Of a stretch of DNA of 64,000 nucleotides, positions 8,134 through 17,968 are shown piece by piece. Each line of letters starts with the position of its first letter. The stretch's first letter is position 1. The translations under genes were made by a program, and so were the position numbers. Where the stretch lies: the sequence record OU343167.1; one strand, written 5' to 3'. The notes under the pieces were generated by a model. The model ran no database searches and was not told where the DNA came from. It worked only from the letters and a program-made list of their open reading frames with translations.

Positions 8134-9420
8134 TTAACCTTCAACCCCTAAAATTCGATAATATGCTGTCTCGTCTCTAAACGGATGAGCTGGATAACGT
8201 CCACCATCAACGATCTCTTGCTCAGGCCATGCTCGCGTATTAGCATCATAGGAATTCCTACGGTTTAATACAGCGCAGTAGACATACATATTTTCATGTT
8301 GAGGGATTATACCTTCATGGTGAGGTTCTTTGATTGTGTGATAATCTAGCATCCTACCATACGCACCAACGAGAGGCGATCTATCGTATTTGTTATCGAA
8401 GTAACGTCCAGGTAGATTGAGATATTCTACAGCTTCGTATTCCTGGAAGAATGATTGGGAATCAACGATTACAAAGAAACTCTGACTAAGAGTTAAATAC
8501 TTTCGGATAACATCATTGTTTTTGAGTTCATCTACATTGAATAGAGTCGGGTTCTCTTTATCGAATGTTAATCCGAGAGAAGAGAGATCCATTGCGTGGT
8601 ATGACTCTAGATAACGATCTAAAAACATCATGTTACCAAACTGAACTCTCCATGTTCTTTCGCCTACACGATTATAAACACTAGATAGAACGTTTAGATA
8701 ACCGCCAGTAACAAGCAATACAGTTTTATTCTCGATGTCAACATTCTCAGGCATGGTTAGATAAGTACCATCCCACAAAGGGGCAGTGGGATTAAGTCCG
8801 CTAATCATACTGTCAACAATAGGAACAAAAGTAAGCTTACCAATAGTTTCGAAACTGTAAACACCAATTTGGTTATCGTTACATTTACGTAACGTCGTAT
8901 TTCCATCAATAATCCTTACACCAGCACTGGTATAGTCACATAAATGGAAATAACCATTAACAGAGATCATGGAATAATCTCTGATCTTTGAAGGCTGATG
9001 TTTTGGATGAGTCATAAGGAGATCTTCCTTATGGAAATCACTCCCTTGATCTAAAGGATGGCCTCCACGAGCAACTGGGGTAAAGTTATAACCACAGTGC
9101 CATGCTTGAGCATACTTTACCAAACGAATTTTTTCGTTAGGTAGTTCTGCATCAAAAGGTAGAGCTTTATTACCTAAAGAGGTTAACCACTCTTGAACAG
9201 TAACAGTTGGTTCAACATCGTTTAGCCAGTTAGTAACATTAACCCAGTGCAGTGCTCTTGTTACAGGCTCACCTTGGCCAGGATATTGGATGTAGAGATA
9301 AATATCCCCATACTTCGCAGCTAGTGTAGTTACTAGCTCATTTGTAAAGTCCGCTTCCTGCCACCGACCACCTCGGCGACTAGGGCGATACCTAGAACGT
9401 ACAAGCACGTACATTGTCAT
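8134..9420 (-). CDS. Virion structural protein (gp130-like position, 428 aa)
   Basis: Long ORF with GGAG SD; synteny. Confidence 0.7.
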   Translation of the reverse strand: MTMYVLVRSRYRPSRRGGRWQEADFTNELVTTLAAKYGDIYLYIQYPGQGEPVTRALHWVNVTNWLNDVEPTVTVQEWLTSLGNKALPFDAELPNEKIRLVKYAQAWHCGYNFTPVARGGHPLDQGSDFHKEDLLMTHPKHQPSKIRDYSMISVNGYFHLCDYTSAGVRIIDGNTTLRKCNDNQIGVYSFETIGKLTFVPIVDSMISGLNPTAPLWDGTYLTMPENVDIENKTVLLVTGGYLNVLSSVYNRVGERTWRVQFGNMMFLDRYLESYHAMDLSSLGLTFDKENPTLFNVDELKNNDVIRKYLTLSQSFFVIVDSQSFFQEYEAVEYLNLPGRYFDNKYDRSPLVGAYGRMLDYHTIKEPHHEGIIPQHENMYVYCAVLNRRNSYDANTRAWPEQEIVDGGRYPAHPFRDETAYYRILGVEG

Positions 9421-9508
9421 GTCTCCGTTAGAAAAGATCGGACAATCTTATGTGAATTTCACATCATTACGCTAACAACCGCGCGCTAGCGCTTTAAAGG
9501 AGGGCGCG

Positions 9509-11791
9509 ATGTCCACCGTTAGTACAACCGGTCTATATGACGAGGATTTGCATGGGACTAACCCAGCTAACCTTATCACAGGGGAAATCCAAACCCTGCA
9601 AGTACCCGGCCCTACCGATTACTATTTCATTATTCCGAAAGCGGCACCTTTCTTTGTCGACTCTCTTAAAGTACGGAACAACCAGACCGGTGCTCTGTTT
9701 GTAGAGGGTGTCGATTACATGATCGGTCACCGTTTCATCGAAGCAATGGATTCTATTGGTCGACCGATCGCTGGTTCTATCCGCTTCATGAAACGCTCTA
9801 TCGCCGGTCAAGCACGTCTTGACTATCGGACCATCGGTGGGCAGTGGGGCTTTAGCGACCAAGCTATTCTGGCGGAACTGTCTCGTCGACAGTATAACCC
9901 GCTGATTCGTACATGGGGTAATATTGATGTACTCCCTGCCTCGTTCCCACCTCTCGATCACGATCAACCGATCGATAGTCTAGTGGGTTCAGAAGAGATT
10001 AATGCTTCTCTTCAACGTCTTGGCGATATCATGGAAGCAACTGCTTCCGGTACAACCGAGTCGCACTTAAGAGATTTCGATAACCCGCACCGTGTTAATA
10101 AGGTACAGGTTCAGCTTGGTAACGTGCCTAACTTCTCTATGGCGACTGACCAGCAACATAAAGACGGTAATCGTAACGATCTGTTTACGAACCCTCGTGG
10201 TGTGCTGCTTTCTATTCAAGAGAATGCCCTTAAGCCTCTTAATGCTCACATTACTGCGACCGGTAACGTTCATGGAATGGTCCCGCGTGACATTGGTCTG
10301 GGTAACGTTCCTAACTATCCTGCTGCAACACCACAACAGGCTGTTGATCCGACTAACAATAGTACCTTGATGACTCCATATACGGTGTCTCTGCTTATTC
10401 AAGCCGTTCAAGGTGATCCTCGTCTTGATCAATTAATCATTGACTTCAATAAACACCTTACCGATACTAACCCGCACGATATCACTCCTGGTCTAATTGG
10501 TACTTATACCAAGCAAGAAATTGATCAGAAGATTTCGGCTGGTGGAAGTGGTGGTGATGCCACTACCTTTGGTGGTGAAACACCTGAGGAATGGGAAGCT
10601 AAATTCCCAGCTAATAGCGATATCAATGGGATCATGTCGGAAGTGACTGAGAAGATCGCTGAAGGTATTGCATCTTCAGCTGACATCAGCTTTAATGATC
10701 CGACTCCTCCAGACGAACAAGATAAACAGCGACTGAGTAAGATTCAAGGCGTACAAGCCGGTGCTGCTGCGTATGCATTGTTCAATGGATCGGGTGATAC
10801 AGTTTATCGTTCCGAGCCAGGTGGAGCAGATGCTTATCCAAAAACTCCAATTCATGGAGCAGCTTGGTCGTGGCTAAGTCTACAAGATGCAGATTATCAC
10901 CTAGTCCCAGCGGTACGTGACTTCCAGTCCGGTACTTGGTCTCAAGGTGATGGTATCCGTGCAGCGGGTTCTGCTAAGCTGGCTATCCCGGCAGGTTGGG
11001 CGGCCGGCGCTGGTTTCAATCAGGCGAATGCAATGGTTGCTATGTGGGGTTCTAAGACAGCTCTATATGTTCAACTGAAGCCCAGTGATGGTGCAGACGA
11101 AGGTAAGATCATGAAGATCGCCGGCGGCACTGTAACTCAACTGTACGCTGAATCTGATAACGTTACTGAGATGTGGGTTGCGACTGAGGATGAAGATTCT
11201 CGTCAAATGGCAATTGTTGAAAAGTCTCCGCCTTCTGGTGGTCCGACTTATACAGCAATAGGTGCCAGTGACTGGGTTTCGGCTGCTACTCCAGTTATCG
11301 CAGCACAATTGACCGGTGGGTGGGAAATCTCTGATATCCGGATTGGTTCTAAGTATCTCGTGTTCCAAGGTGGTAATACCACCAGCGGGAATGCTAGTCG
11401 AATCCGTGTGTATGAGATTACATATACACCTACGTTCAAGTTGACTGAAGTCACTTCTACTCTCGATGTCTGGTCGGCTAAAGATAACCGTCTAGTCAAA
11501 GCAAATACCCTAACCGATGTAAGTTCTATCTCTGGTAACTACGGGCACCATGCTGTTCAAATTAGACGTGATCCGTCCAGCCTTGAGAATATGGATACTG
11601 ATATCGCTATGTTCGGTTCCAATGAGAATGGACAGTTAGAAATTCCTTACGGGTCAGCACCTTTCTATAGTGCGGCTGCTGGTAAAGGTTTCACTGTTAC
11701 TGTCAATAATCTTGGTTACACTGAATTCTGGGGTGACTCTCCGACCAATGCTCTCATCTGGAATGATGGGACGACTATTGTCGCACCCTAA
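9509..11791 (+). CDS. Tail fibre/baseplate protein (gp131-like, 760 aa) with probable C-terminal beta-propeller
   Basis: AAGGAGG SD; N-terminal domain shared with three downstream paralogs; three H-x(4-5)-NPH/NVH fibre repeats; RCC1-like FGSNENGQL...AAGKGFT...FWGD at the C-terminus. Confidence 0.8.
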   Translation: MSTVSTTGLYDEDLHGTNPANLITGEIQTLQVPGPTDYYFIIPKAAPFFVDSLKVRNNQTGALFVEGVDYMIGHRFIEAMDSIGRPIAGSIRFMKRSIAGQARLDYRTIGGQWGFSDQAILAELSRRQYNPLIRTWGNIDVLPASFPPLDHDQPIDSLVGSEEINASLQRLGDIMEATASGTTESHLRDFDNPHRVNKVQVQLGNVPNFSMATDQQHKDGNRNDLFTNPRGVLLSIQENALKPLNAHITATGNVHGMVPRDIGLGNVPNYPAATPQQAVDPTNNSTLMTPYTVSLLIQAVQGDPRLDQLIIDFNKHLTDTNPHDITPGLIGTYTKQEIDQKISAGGSGGDATTFGGETPEEWEAKFPANSDINGIMSEVTEKIAEGIASSADISFNDPTPPDEQDKQRLSKIQGVQAGAAAYALFNGSGDTVYRSEPGGADAYPKTPIHGAAWSWLSLQDADYHLVPAVRDFQSGTWSQGDGIRAAGSAKLAIPAGWAAGAGFNQANAMVAMWGSKTALYVQLKPSDGADEGKIMKIAGGTVTQLYAESDNVTEMWVATEDEDSRQMAIVEKSPPSGGPTYTAIGASDWVSAATPVIAAQLTGGWEISDIRIGSKYLVFQGGNTTSGNASRIRVYEITYTPTFKLTEVTSTLDVWSAKDNRLVKANTLTDVSSISGNYGHHAVQIRRDPSSLENMDTDIAMFGSNENGQLEIPYGSAPFYSAAAGKGFTVTVNNLGYTEFWGDSPTNALIWNDGTTIVAP

Positions 11792-11802
11792 GGAGATTTA
11801 AG

Positions 11803-12126
11803 ATGGCTATGACAGTATTTCGTGTCGAACTCGATAAGCTGAAAGGCAATATCGGTCAGTTTAACAACATCATTCTCAACCTGCTCCGTAGTGCTCGGGA
11901 CCGTATGAACGCACACATCCTTGAAAAAGGTAACGTTCATGGACTTGAGCCTATGGATATCGGTTTGGGTAATGTCCCCGACTGGCTACCGGCACAGCAA
12001 TCACAAGCTAAGGGTGGCACGAACAACTCTTCGTTCATGACACCTAAACGGGTAGACAACTACGCTGAGGAGAATATCTTCAAAGCGATAGAGAAAGTGT
12101 TTAACGACGCTTACGATCGTTTGTAA
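11803..12126 (+). CDS. Small fibre-repeat protein (107 aa)
   Basis: AAGGAG SD; one HILEKGNVHGLEPMDIGLGNVPDW repeat. Confidence 0.8.
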   Translation: MAMTVFRVELDKLKGNIGQFNNIILNLLRSARDRMNAHILEKGNVHGLEPMDIGLGNVPDWLPAQQSQAKGGTNNSSFMTPKRVDNYAEENIFKAIEKVFNDAYDRL

Positions 12127-12141
12127 CCTACCCTGGCAACG

Positions 12142-12183
12142 GATGGAATCACTGTGTGTAAAAGCACGGTGGTTCCGTCTTTT
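12142..12183 (+). terminator. 15-bp RNA hairpin with three G-U pairs followed by TTTT (intra-operon terminator/attenuator)
   Basis: GATGGAATCACTGTG (12142-12156) pairs with CACGGTGGTTCCGTC (12165-12179). Confidence 0.7.
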
Positions 12184-12203
12184 GTTCAATTTGGAGAATT
12201 TAA

Positions 12204-13571
12204 ATGTCCGATGTAATCGTACAACTACCGTTAGATAAGACCGGACGTGATCCGAATAACCTGGTAGGTAGCGAAGAAGCAACTCTTACCCCTATCTCGG
12301 GGTTCCCGTTTAAAATGGTAACCATGTATCACGGCGGCTTCTATGTTAATAGCCTTCGTGTATATGACTCTCGTTACATTCCTTTGGTTCGTGATAAAGA
12401 TTACATTGTCACGTATTACCATAAACAAGCCAGTGAGTTCTATGGACTTGATATTGCTAGCGGTATTGTTTTCTTAGATCGTACTCGCACTGGTAAAGTT
12501 TACATGTCCGCCCAGATGGTCGGTGGAGATGTAGCGTTTAGTTTCACGGTTATCGAAGATTATGTAAACTTCTGGAAGACCAAGCCTTCTGACTATATTC
12601 CTAAATGGCTTGACTATAACGGTACTGAACCGATTTATGGTCCTGGTGAATTAGCCGCATTACGTTGGCGCCTTGATACTTACCAGCCATTTAACAACGA
12701 GATTGAGAATATCTCTCGCGCTATTACTGGTCAGCTTGGTAACACAGAAGCTGAGTTTCGTGTAGATGTAAAAGCGGAATATGATCGTTTCTTACAACGC
12801 TTTAATAATCGACTCGATTTACACATCCAAGATAAAGCGAACCCGCACGTTGATACAAAAGAACATGTAGGTTTAGGACTTGTAGAAAACTACCGCGTGG
12901 CAAGTCTTGCTGAGGCTATCGCCGGTGTATCTAACGAGCTTTATCTTACCCCACAGCTTTCAGCTGCTGAAGTAAATAAACTTGGTGGTGATCCGTTACA
13001 AGCGCATATTGATGCCCGAGGTAATGTGCATGGTGTTACCAATGCGCAATTGAATACCAACAGCAAGCAAGAAGTGAATGCTCTAGCTAATACCAAATAT
13101 CTACGGAATGAAGTTGTTGAAAACTCTAACCTTGGATTCTGGTTAAATCAGGATATGACATACAACCAGATTCTACAGTTGTATCGTAAAGATATCCCGG
13201 CAAATGCTTTCACTAACTACGACCAAGGTAAACTTCCTCTTGGTCGACTCGGTCGTGGTATTCTGAATAACCGTGCTGTTCTCGATAACAATCGGAACTG
13301 GACTAACATTGATGCCCTGCTATCTCTTCTTCCTCAAGGTGGCAGTGGAGATGTTGCATTCGCATCTTTCAGTGTCAATATCACTCAGGCGCAAGCCAAC
13401 GCAATGGTTGCTACAACACCGCCGTTCTCTAACATGCGTTTGAATAGTATTGTTTTCTATTACATTCGCGAGACTAAGGCATGGGGTTCTGGTAACGGTG
13501 CATGGAACGGTGTATATGACATTCTTTACGCTTCTATGAATATCCCAGGTCAAGGTTGGGTACCAATCTAA
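12204..13571 (+). CDS. Tail fibre paralog (gp132-like, 455 aa)
   Basis: LDKTGRDPNN N-terminal motif, two NPH/NVH repeats, C-terminal WGSGNGA. Confidence 0.8.
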   Translation: MSDVIVQLPLDKTGRDPNNLVGSEEATLTPISGFPFKMVTMYHGGFYVNSLRVYDSRYIPLVRDKDYIVTYYHKQASEFYGLDIASGIVFLDRTRTGKVYMSAQMVGGDVAFSFTVIEDYVNFWKTKPSDYIPKWLDYNGTEPIYGPGELAALRWRLDTYQPFNNEIENISRAITGQLGNTEAEFRVDVKAEYDRFLQRFNNRLDLHIQDKANPHVDTKEHVGLGLVENYRVASLAEAIAGVSNELYLTPQLSAAEVNKLGGDPLQAHIDARGNVHGVTNAQLNTNSKQEVNALANTKYLRNEVVENSNLGFWLNQDMTYNQILQLYRKDIPANAFTNYDQGKLPLGRLGRGILNNRAVLDNNRNWTNIDALLSLLPQGGSGDVAFASFSVNITQAQANAMVATTPPFSNMRLNSIVFYYIRETKAWGSGNGAWNGVYDILYASMNIPGQGWVPI

Positions 13572-13581
13572 AGGAATCAAC

Positions 13582-14988
13582 ATGAACCCATTACTTCACG
13601 CTCTTCCCTACGATGGGACGGGCACTTGTTTCAATAACCGCACGCGTGGAGAATACCACAACTTGGCAGATCAAGCTGGTCTGCCATATCGGGTGATTGT
13701 TCTGGATAAAGGTTACTTCTACAATAACAATTTACACATGATCGATGGTCGTGGCTATGTGTTAAAAGAGAAGGACGATTTCCAATGCACTCAGATGCAT
13801 CCAGAGATTACTAAGAAGACTGGCATTCCAGCTTTTGCAGTTATTGTCATTAAGAACCCACGGGTTCACCATGAGATCAGGGTTGATGCCCAGATGGTCG
13901 GTGGTGTTTACTGTAATCTTGGTAAAGCAATCGCTAACCAAGCACTCGGGTTGATCAACAATACTCGGAAGATTCATTGGAACAATATTACTGGTAAACC
14001 GGATGATTACAAACCCAACGGTCACCTACATGCGCTGTGGGAACTTTACGGGTTTACGCCTCAAGTATTACTACTTAAGCGAATTACTGCCGCCGGTGAA
14101 AAGTTCGTAAAGAAAGACATGGATGCTTTGTTTGACCAATATAAAGCCGAGCTTGCTTTAGTTGGAGATGAACTTACTTCCATTGAGCAACGTCTTACTA
14201 CCCACATTAACGATCGTAATAACCCGCACAAACTCACTGCCGCTAAAGTTCAGCTGGATAAAGTGAAGAATGCTGCTATTGCTACGAAAGATCAAGCTGA
14301 AGCAGCTAACGGGGATATTCTGGATCGTTACGCTACGCCATTACGAGCTAAGCAAAGTATCGACAAGAACTTCTTACCGATTCTACAAGCGCACGTTGAT
14401 GACCGTAATAACCCACACAAAGAGACAGCTGCTAAACTTGGTACGTATACCGTTCAAGAACATCAGCAAGTTGCTGGGAACTATTACAACCGTGGTGAAA
14501 CCGTTAACAGTACCGAACGTATTGGTGGCGTTAAAGATGCCAACAACAATACGACTAGCAATGGCATGACTTTCCAAGAGCTTTACGAGTTCACTCGTCA
14601 GAATGAAATCCTTGGACAGCTGAAGACTGGTTTGTTGCCACCGCAAACTTTTGCAAGTGGGGCTATTCCACCTGCTAACAACTACGCGTTCCTTGTTCCT
14701 GCTTCTGCTGATGCAGCAAGCTGGCTTCATTGGATCGATATCCAAACAGCATGGATCGATAAACCAAAGAGCGTTATTTATGCGGCAGGGTCATTTGATC
14801 CTAACGGTGCAAACGCTGAAGCTCAGTTGAACAACGTGCTAGGTAGGAACCACCCTGCTGGTACAACGGCCATCTTCCGTTATCTTGGTGGCTGGGGTAT
14901 CGGTACTGGTAACGGTGCAATCACAACGTATATTAACTCCGTTGGTTTCGCTGTATTTAATACATCGTTAAATTCCTGGAAGGTATAA
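13582..14988 (+). CDS. Tail fibre paralog (gp134-like, 468 aa)
   Basis: YDGTG...N motif, two NPH repeats, C-terminal WGIGTGNGA. Confidence 0.8.
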   Translation: MNPLLHALPYDGTGTCFNNRTRGEYHNLADQAGLPYRVIVLDKGYFYNNNLHMIDGRGYVLKEKDDFQCTQMHPEITKKTGIPAFAVIVIKNPRVHHEIRVDAQMVGGVYCNLGKAIANQALGLINNTRKIHWNNITGKPDDYKPNGHLHALWELYGFTPQVLLLKRITAAGEKFVKKDMDALFDQYKAELALVGDELTSIEQRLTTHINDRNNPHKLTAAKVQLDKVKNAAIATKDQAEAANGDILDRYATPLRAKQSIDKNFLPILQAHVDDRNNPHKETAAKLGTYTVQEHQQVAGNYYNRGETVNSTERIGGVKDANNNTTSNGMTFQELYEFTRQNEILGQLKTGLLPPQTFASGAIPPANNYAFLVPASADAASWLHWIDIQTAWIDKPKSVIYAAGSFDPNGANAEAQLNNVLGRNHPAGTTAIFRYLGGWGIGTGNGAITTYINSVGFAVFNTSLNSWKV

Positions 14989-16353
14989 ATGAACGATATT
15001 ACTTTTCTTGAGCTTGACCTTACCGGTGAAGATCCAGATAACTGGATTAAAGGTGAGGAACACACTCTAATTCAAGTTCCTGGTAAGAAGCATCGCGTAT
15101 TCGTTTGTACCCATGGCGGTTTCTATACGAATGGCTTTGTACTGAGGGACTCTACTGGTAAAGCTCTTGTGCGTGGTAAAGACTATGTTCTAACGTATCA
15201 CTACGAAAAGCTTTCTGAAATGACTGGTCAAAATGTGATGGGTCTCGTTGTTATCGTCAACGCCTCCGTCACACCAGTCGTTCGTGCGGAATATCATGCA
15301 GTAGGTGGATTCTTTAGTGTTTCTGTAAAAGAACTTAAAGCACTAATGGAGAAGATAGATGAGACTAATCTTAAGTTTACTTGGGAAGAAATCATCGGTA
15401 AACCAACTGCATATACTCCATCAGAACACATGCACAAATATTGGCAGTTGTATGGTCTTGAATCCACGGTTGTCAATATTAACCGTTTAGGTGATGCATG
15501 GGCAGTGGGTCGAACTGCAATTCTAGCGGCTGGTACGGATTATTACAAATATTACGTTCAGCTTGCGAAAGACGATGTGCAGAATTATATCAACCGTGTG
15601 AACGCTCACATAACCGATGAAAATAATCCGCACTCTTCGGATAAGGTAAAGATTAAGCTTGGGCAAATTAACAACTGGCCAATGGCTACAAAAGCTCAGA
15701 CAACAGATACTAGCCTAACCAATGTGTATATGCCGATTGGTGGTATTTTCAATCTGATCCAATCCATTTTGATTCCAAAGATTACAGATCACATTCGTAA
15801 TCAAAATAACCCTCATGGGTTAACACTGGCGATCATGAACTTGTACAGTAAAGCTGAAATCGATGCTATTTATGCACAACGGCTTCACCGTACACAACGC
15901 GCATTTACATCTAAACGGTTGGCTGGGGTTGGTTGGGAACAATTGTATTTCCCTGCACGAGTTGACCTAGATGCTAGTAACGTTTGGAATATCACTCGCT
16001 TTGAATTAAAGCAATTCGTTACGACTTTCCCAACTCCATGGCCTCCTACTGGAACTGATCCCCAAGGTCGTCCAAATATCCCGTCTGACTACTGCATTAT
16101 GGGTAATGGACAAATCGTTCACTTCCGTGATCTATTTGCGACTTATAATGCTAATGCACGCGGGCACTATTATGCTGGTGGGCGTTATGCTAGCGCTCAA
16201 GCTGCTATCAGTGCTCTCCAGGCAAATATCTCGCAGATTGCTGATGGTGGTTATGGATTTGCTCAATACTTGCTGGACTTCAACAATGGTCGCAAAATGC
16301 CAACAATGGTTGTAATGCGCCGTAACGGTAGTAGTCTCACTCGAATCGTCTAA
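14989..16353 (+). CDS. Tail fibre paralog (gp135-like, 454 aa)
   Basis: LDLTGEDPDN motif, WEEIIGKP, two NPH repeats; abuts the upstream stop codon. Confidence 0.8.
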   Translation: MNDITFLELDLTGEDPDNWIKGEEHTLIQVPGKKHRVFVCTHGGFYTNGFVLRDSTGKALVRGKDYVLTYHYEKLSEMTGQNVMGLVVIVNASVTPVVRAEYHAVGGFFSVSVKELKALMEKIDETNLKFTWEEIIGKPTAYTPSEHMHKYWQLYGLESTVVNINRLGDAWAVGRTAILAAGTDYYKYYVQLAKDDVQNYINRVNAHITDENNPHSSDKVKIKLGQINNWPMATKAQTTDTSLTNVYMPIGGIFNLIQSILIPKITDHIRNQNNPHGLTLAIMNLYSKAEIDAIYAQRLHRTQRAFTSKRLAGVGWEQLYFPARVDLDASNVWNITRFELKQFVTTFPTPWPPTGTDPQGRPNIPSDYCIMGNGQIVHFRDLFATYNANARGHYYAGGRYASAQAAISALQANISQIADGGYGFAQYLLDFNNGRKMPTMVVMRRNGSSLTRIV

Positions 16354-16365
16354 AGGAAATTACAC

Positions 16366-16962
16366 ATGTTCGATTTTCATAATGTACCAGAACCTGAAAA
16401 GGGTCGTAAACCTGTTGTCCTTTGTTTTAACCGTCTGAATGGTAAGTTCATCGTTGCTACTTCGATGACTATCGATCAATGCGATCCAGATAACCCAAAC
16501 GTGATCTATGTTGAAGACAACATGGATCTGTTTAATGGTGACCGAGTTGTCGGTGACCTCACCATCAATGACGATGGAACCTGGGAAAAGAACTACTCTA
16601 TTCTTGGAGAGAACGAAGGTCCTCGTCTGATCTATGAAGCACAGCTGGACAACCAGATGGCTTACAAGATCACTCAACGTTATCCTGTCGTAGAACAAGT
16701 AAACGTGCTTGGGCGTGCAATCGTGGCTCTTGCAGAGAAGACCGGTCTTGAACTTACTGAACTTAGTGAGATGCTAGACTATATCAAACTCTGTAAAGAT
16801 ACTAGTCGAAATCACAAAGAGTTCTATCAGAATGATCCCAACTACGAATACATTACCAATGAGCAAGAAGCCGAAGATCGAGCTGCTACCTTCGAAGGCG
16901 GTCTCCATGAACTCATTGGCCCAAGAAACATCGAAGGCGGTCGTGTTTTCGCAACCAGTTAG
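16366..16962 (+). CDS. Hypothetical protein, possible fibre assembly chaperone (198 aa)
   Basis: AAGGA SD; directly after the fibre cluster; QRYPVVEQVNVL resembles YPxxxEQLxxL motifs of fibre-adjacent small proteins (weak). Confidence 0.6.
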   Translation: MFDFHNVPEPEKGRKPVVLCFNRLNGKFIVATSMTIDQCDPDNPNVIYVEDNMDLFNGDRVVGDLTINDDGTWEKNYSILGENEGPRLIYEAQLDNQMAYKITQRYPVVEQVNVLGRAIVALAEKTGLELTELSEMLDYIKLCKDTSRNHKEFYQNDPNYEYITNEQEAEDRAATFEGGLHELIGPRNIEGGRVFATS

Positions 16963-17389
16963 TGAAAGACTGGTGGAGTACTTAAAAGCGCTACCTCGTG
17001 CAAGATGGTACAATCGCAAGAAGATAAATAGTATCCCTACCAAGGGTACAGTGGAAGCAAACTACTGGTTCCTTGGTAATGGTCAGATGCCAAAAGAACT
17101 TAGCGATTATCTGTTTGAAATTGCACCAACTATCAATGGGATAAAACCCAAAGAAGCATGTGTCAATATGTACGAGGTTGGTTTTGGTATGCCGGAACAT
17201 ATCGACATTGCAATGTATCGATTTAATATGGTAATTGCATTGTGTGATAATGGAGATGGACTCGACCTAAATGGTGAGTTCATCCCAGATGTTCCTGGAA
17301 GAGCAGTAATCTTTCCAGCTAAAACACCACCGCATTCTGTACCACCCGTAAAACACCTACGCTTCGTTCTCATCTATCTCTACGAGTAG
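16907..17389 (+). CDS. 2OG-Fe(II) oxygenase superfamily protein
   Basis: NxY...MPEHID (HxD), PPHSV (distal His), HLRFVLIY (2OG-binding Arg). Start is ATG 16907 or GTG 16943; both follow a copy of TCGAAGGCGGTC. Confidence 0.75.
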   Translation: MNSLAQETSKAVVFSQPVSERLVEYLKALPRARWYNRKKINSIPTKGTVEANYWFLGNGQMPKELSDYLFEIAPTINGIKPKEACVNMYEVGFGMPEHIDIAMYRFNMVIALCDNGDGLDLNGEFIPDVPGRAVIFPAKTPPHSVPPVKHLRFVLIYLYE

Positions 17390-17396
17390 GACAGAT

Positions 17397-17885
17397 ATGT
17401 ATAAACATTACGACCCCCTTACCGAAGAGGAAGTAACTACTTTAGTAGACCTCTCTCGTAAGGTTAAATATAAAGACTCGTATGGCTCTCGTTGCCGTAT
17501 CGGTAAGAACAAAACCAAAGCACTGAGTATTTACAACTATTCTAAGTGGTTTGATTGGACATCTAAACAACGAGATATCTTCAAGGTTGGTTTTAGTGAA
17601 GATATCCAAAATAAAGCTGTTCAAGGTTGGTTCCTAGATATTCCAGCTGGTCGTGGTTTCCTCGATCAGATGACAACGTGGGTCAATAAAACTGGTGCAG
17701 GTACCATCGTCGCAACTGCATTAAAAGATAGACAAGCCATTCAACTTAATGGACGTTTGATCGAACTTCGTAAAGGTGAACAGATCGCCTTTAACCTTAG
17801 TACAGTTCACGCGATTCCTAAATCCGACCATGGTCAGTTGTGGGCATGTGTAATGATACGTGGTGACTTCCAACAGTACACCTAA
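17397..17885 (+). CDS. Degenerate 2OG-Fe(II)/DSBH-fold paralog (162 aa)
   Basis: Aligns by eye to the upstream oxygenase (GFLDQM vs GFGMPEHID; LNGRLI vs LNGEFI; VHAIP vs PHSVP) but lacks HxD and the Arg. Confidence 0.6.
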   Translation: MYKHYDPLTEEEVTTLVDLSRKVKYKDSYGSRCRIGKNKTKALSIYNYSKWFDWTSKQRDIFKVGFSEDIQNKAVQGWFLDIPAGRGFLDQMTTWVNKTGAGTIVATALKDRQAIQLNGRLIELRKGEQIAFNLSTVHAIPKSDHGQLWACVMIRGDFQQYT

Positions 17886-17886
17886 C

Positions 17887-17916
17887 GGCATAAACCTCCC
17901 TAACGGGAGGCAAGCC
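17887..17916 (+). terminator. Hairpin terminator
   Basis: GGCATAAA-CCTCCC-TAAC-GGGAGG-CAAGCC after TAA 17885. Confidence 0.6.
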
Positions 17917-17968
17917 AAAAATTCATACACAATGGTACAATGAACTTTCTAAGTCAAGGATTAAAAGA

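Noticed and set aside
16832-16906. Track start of the oxygenase at 16832
   Set aside because: 130-nt overlap without an SD; starts at 16907 or 16943 have GAAGG and match the paralog length.
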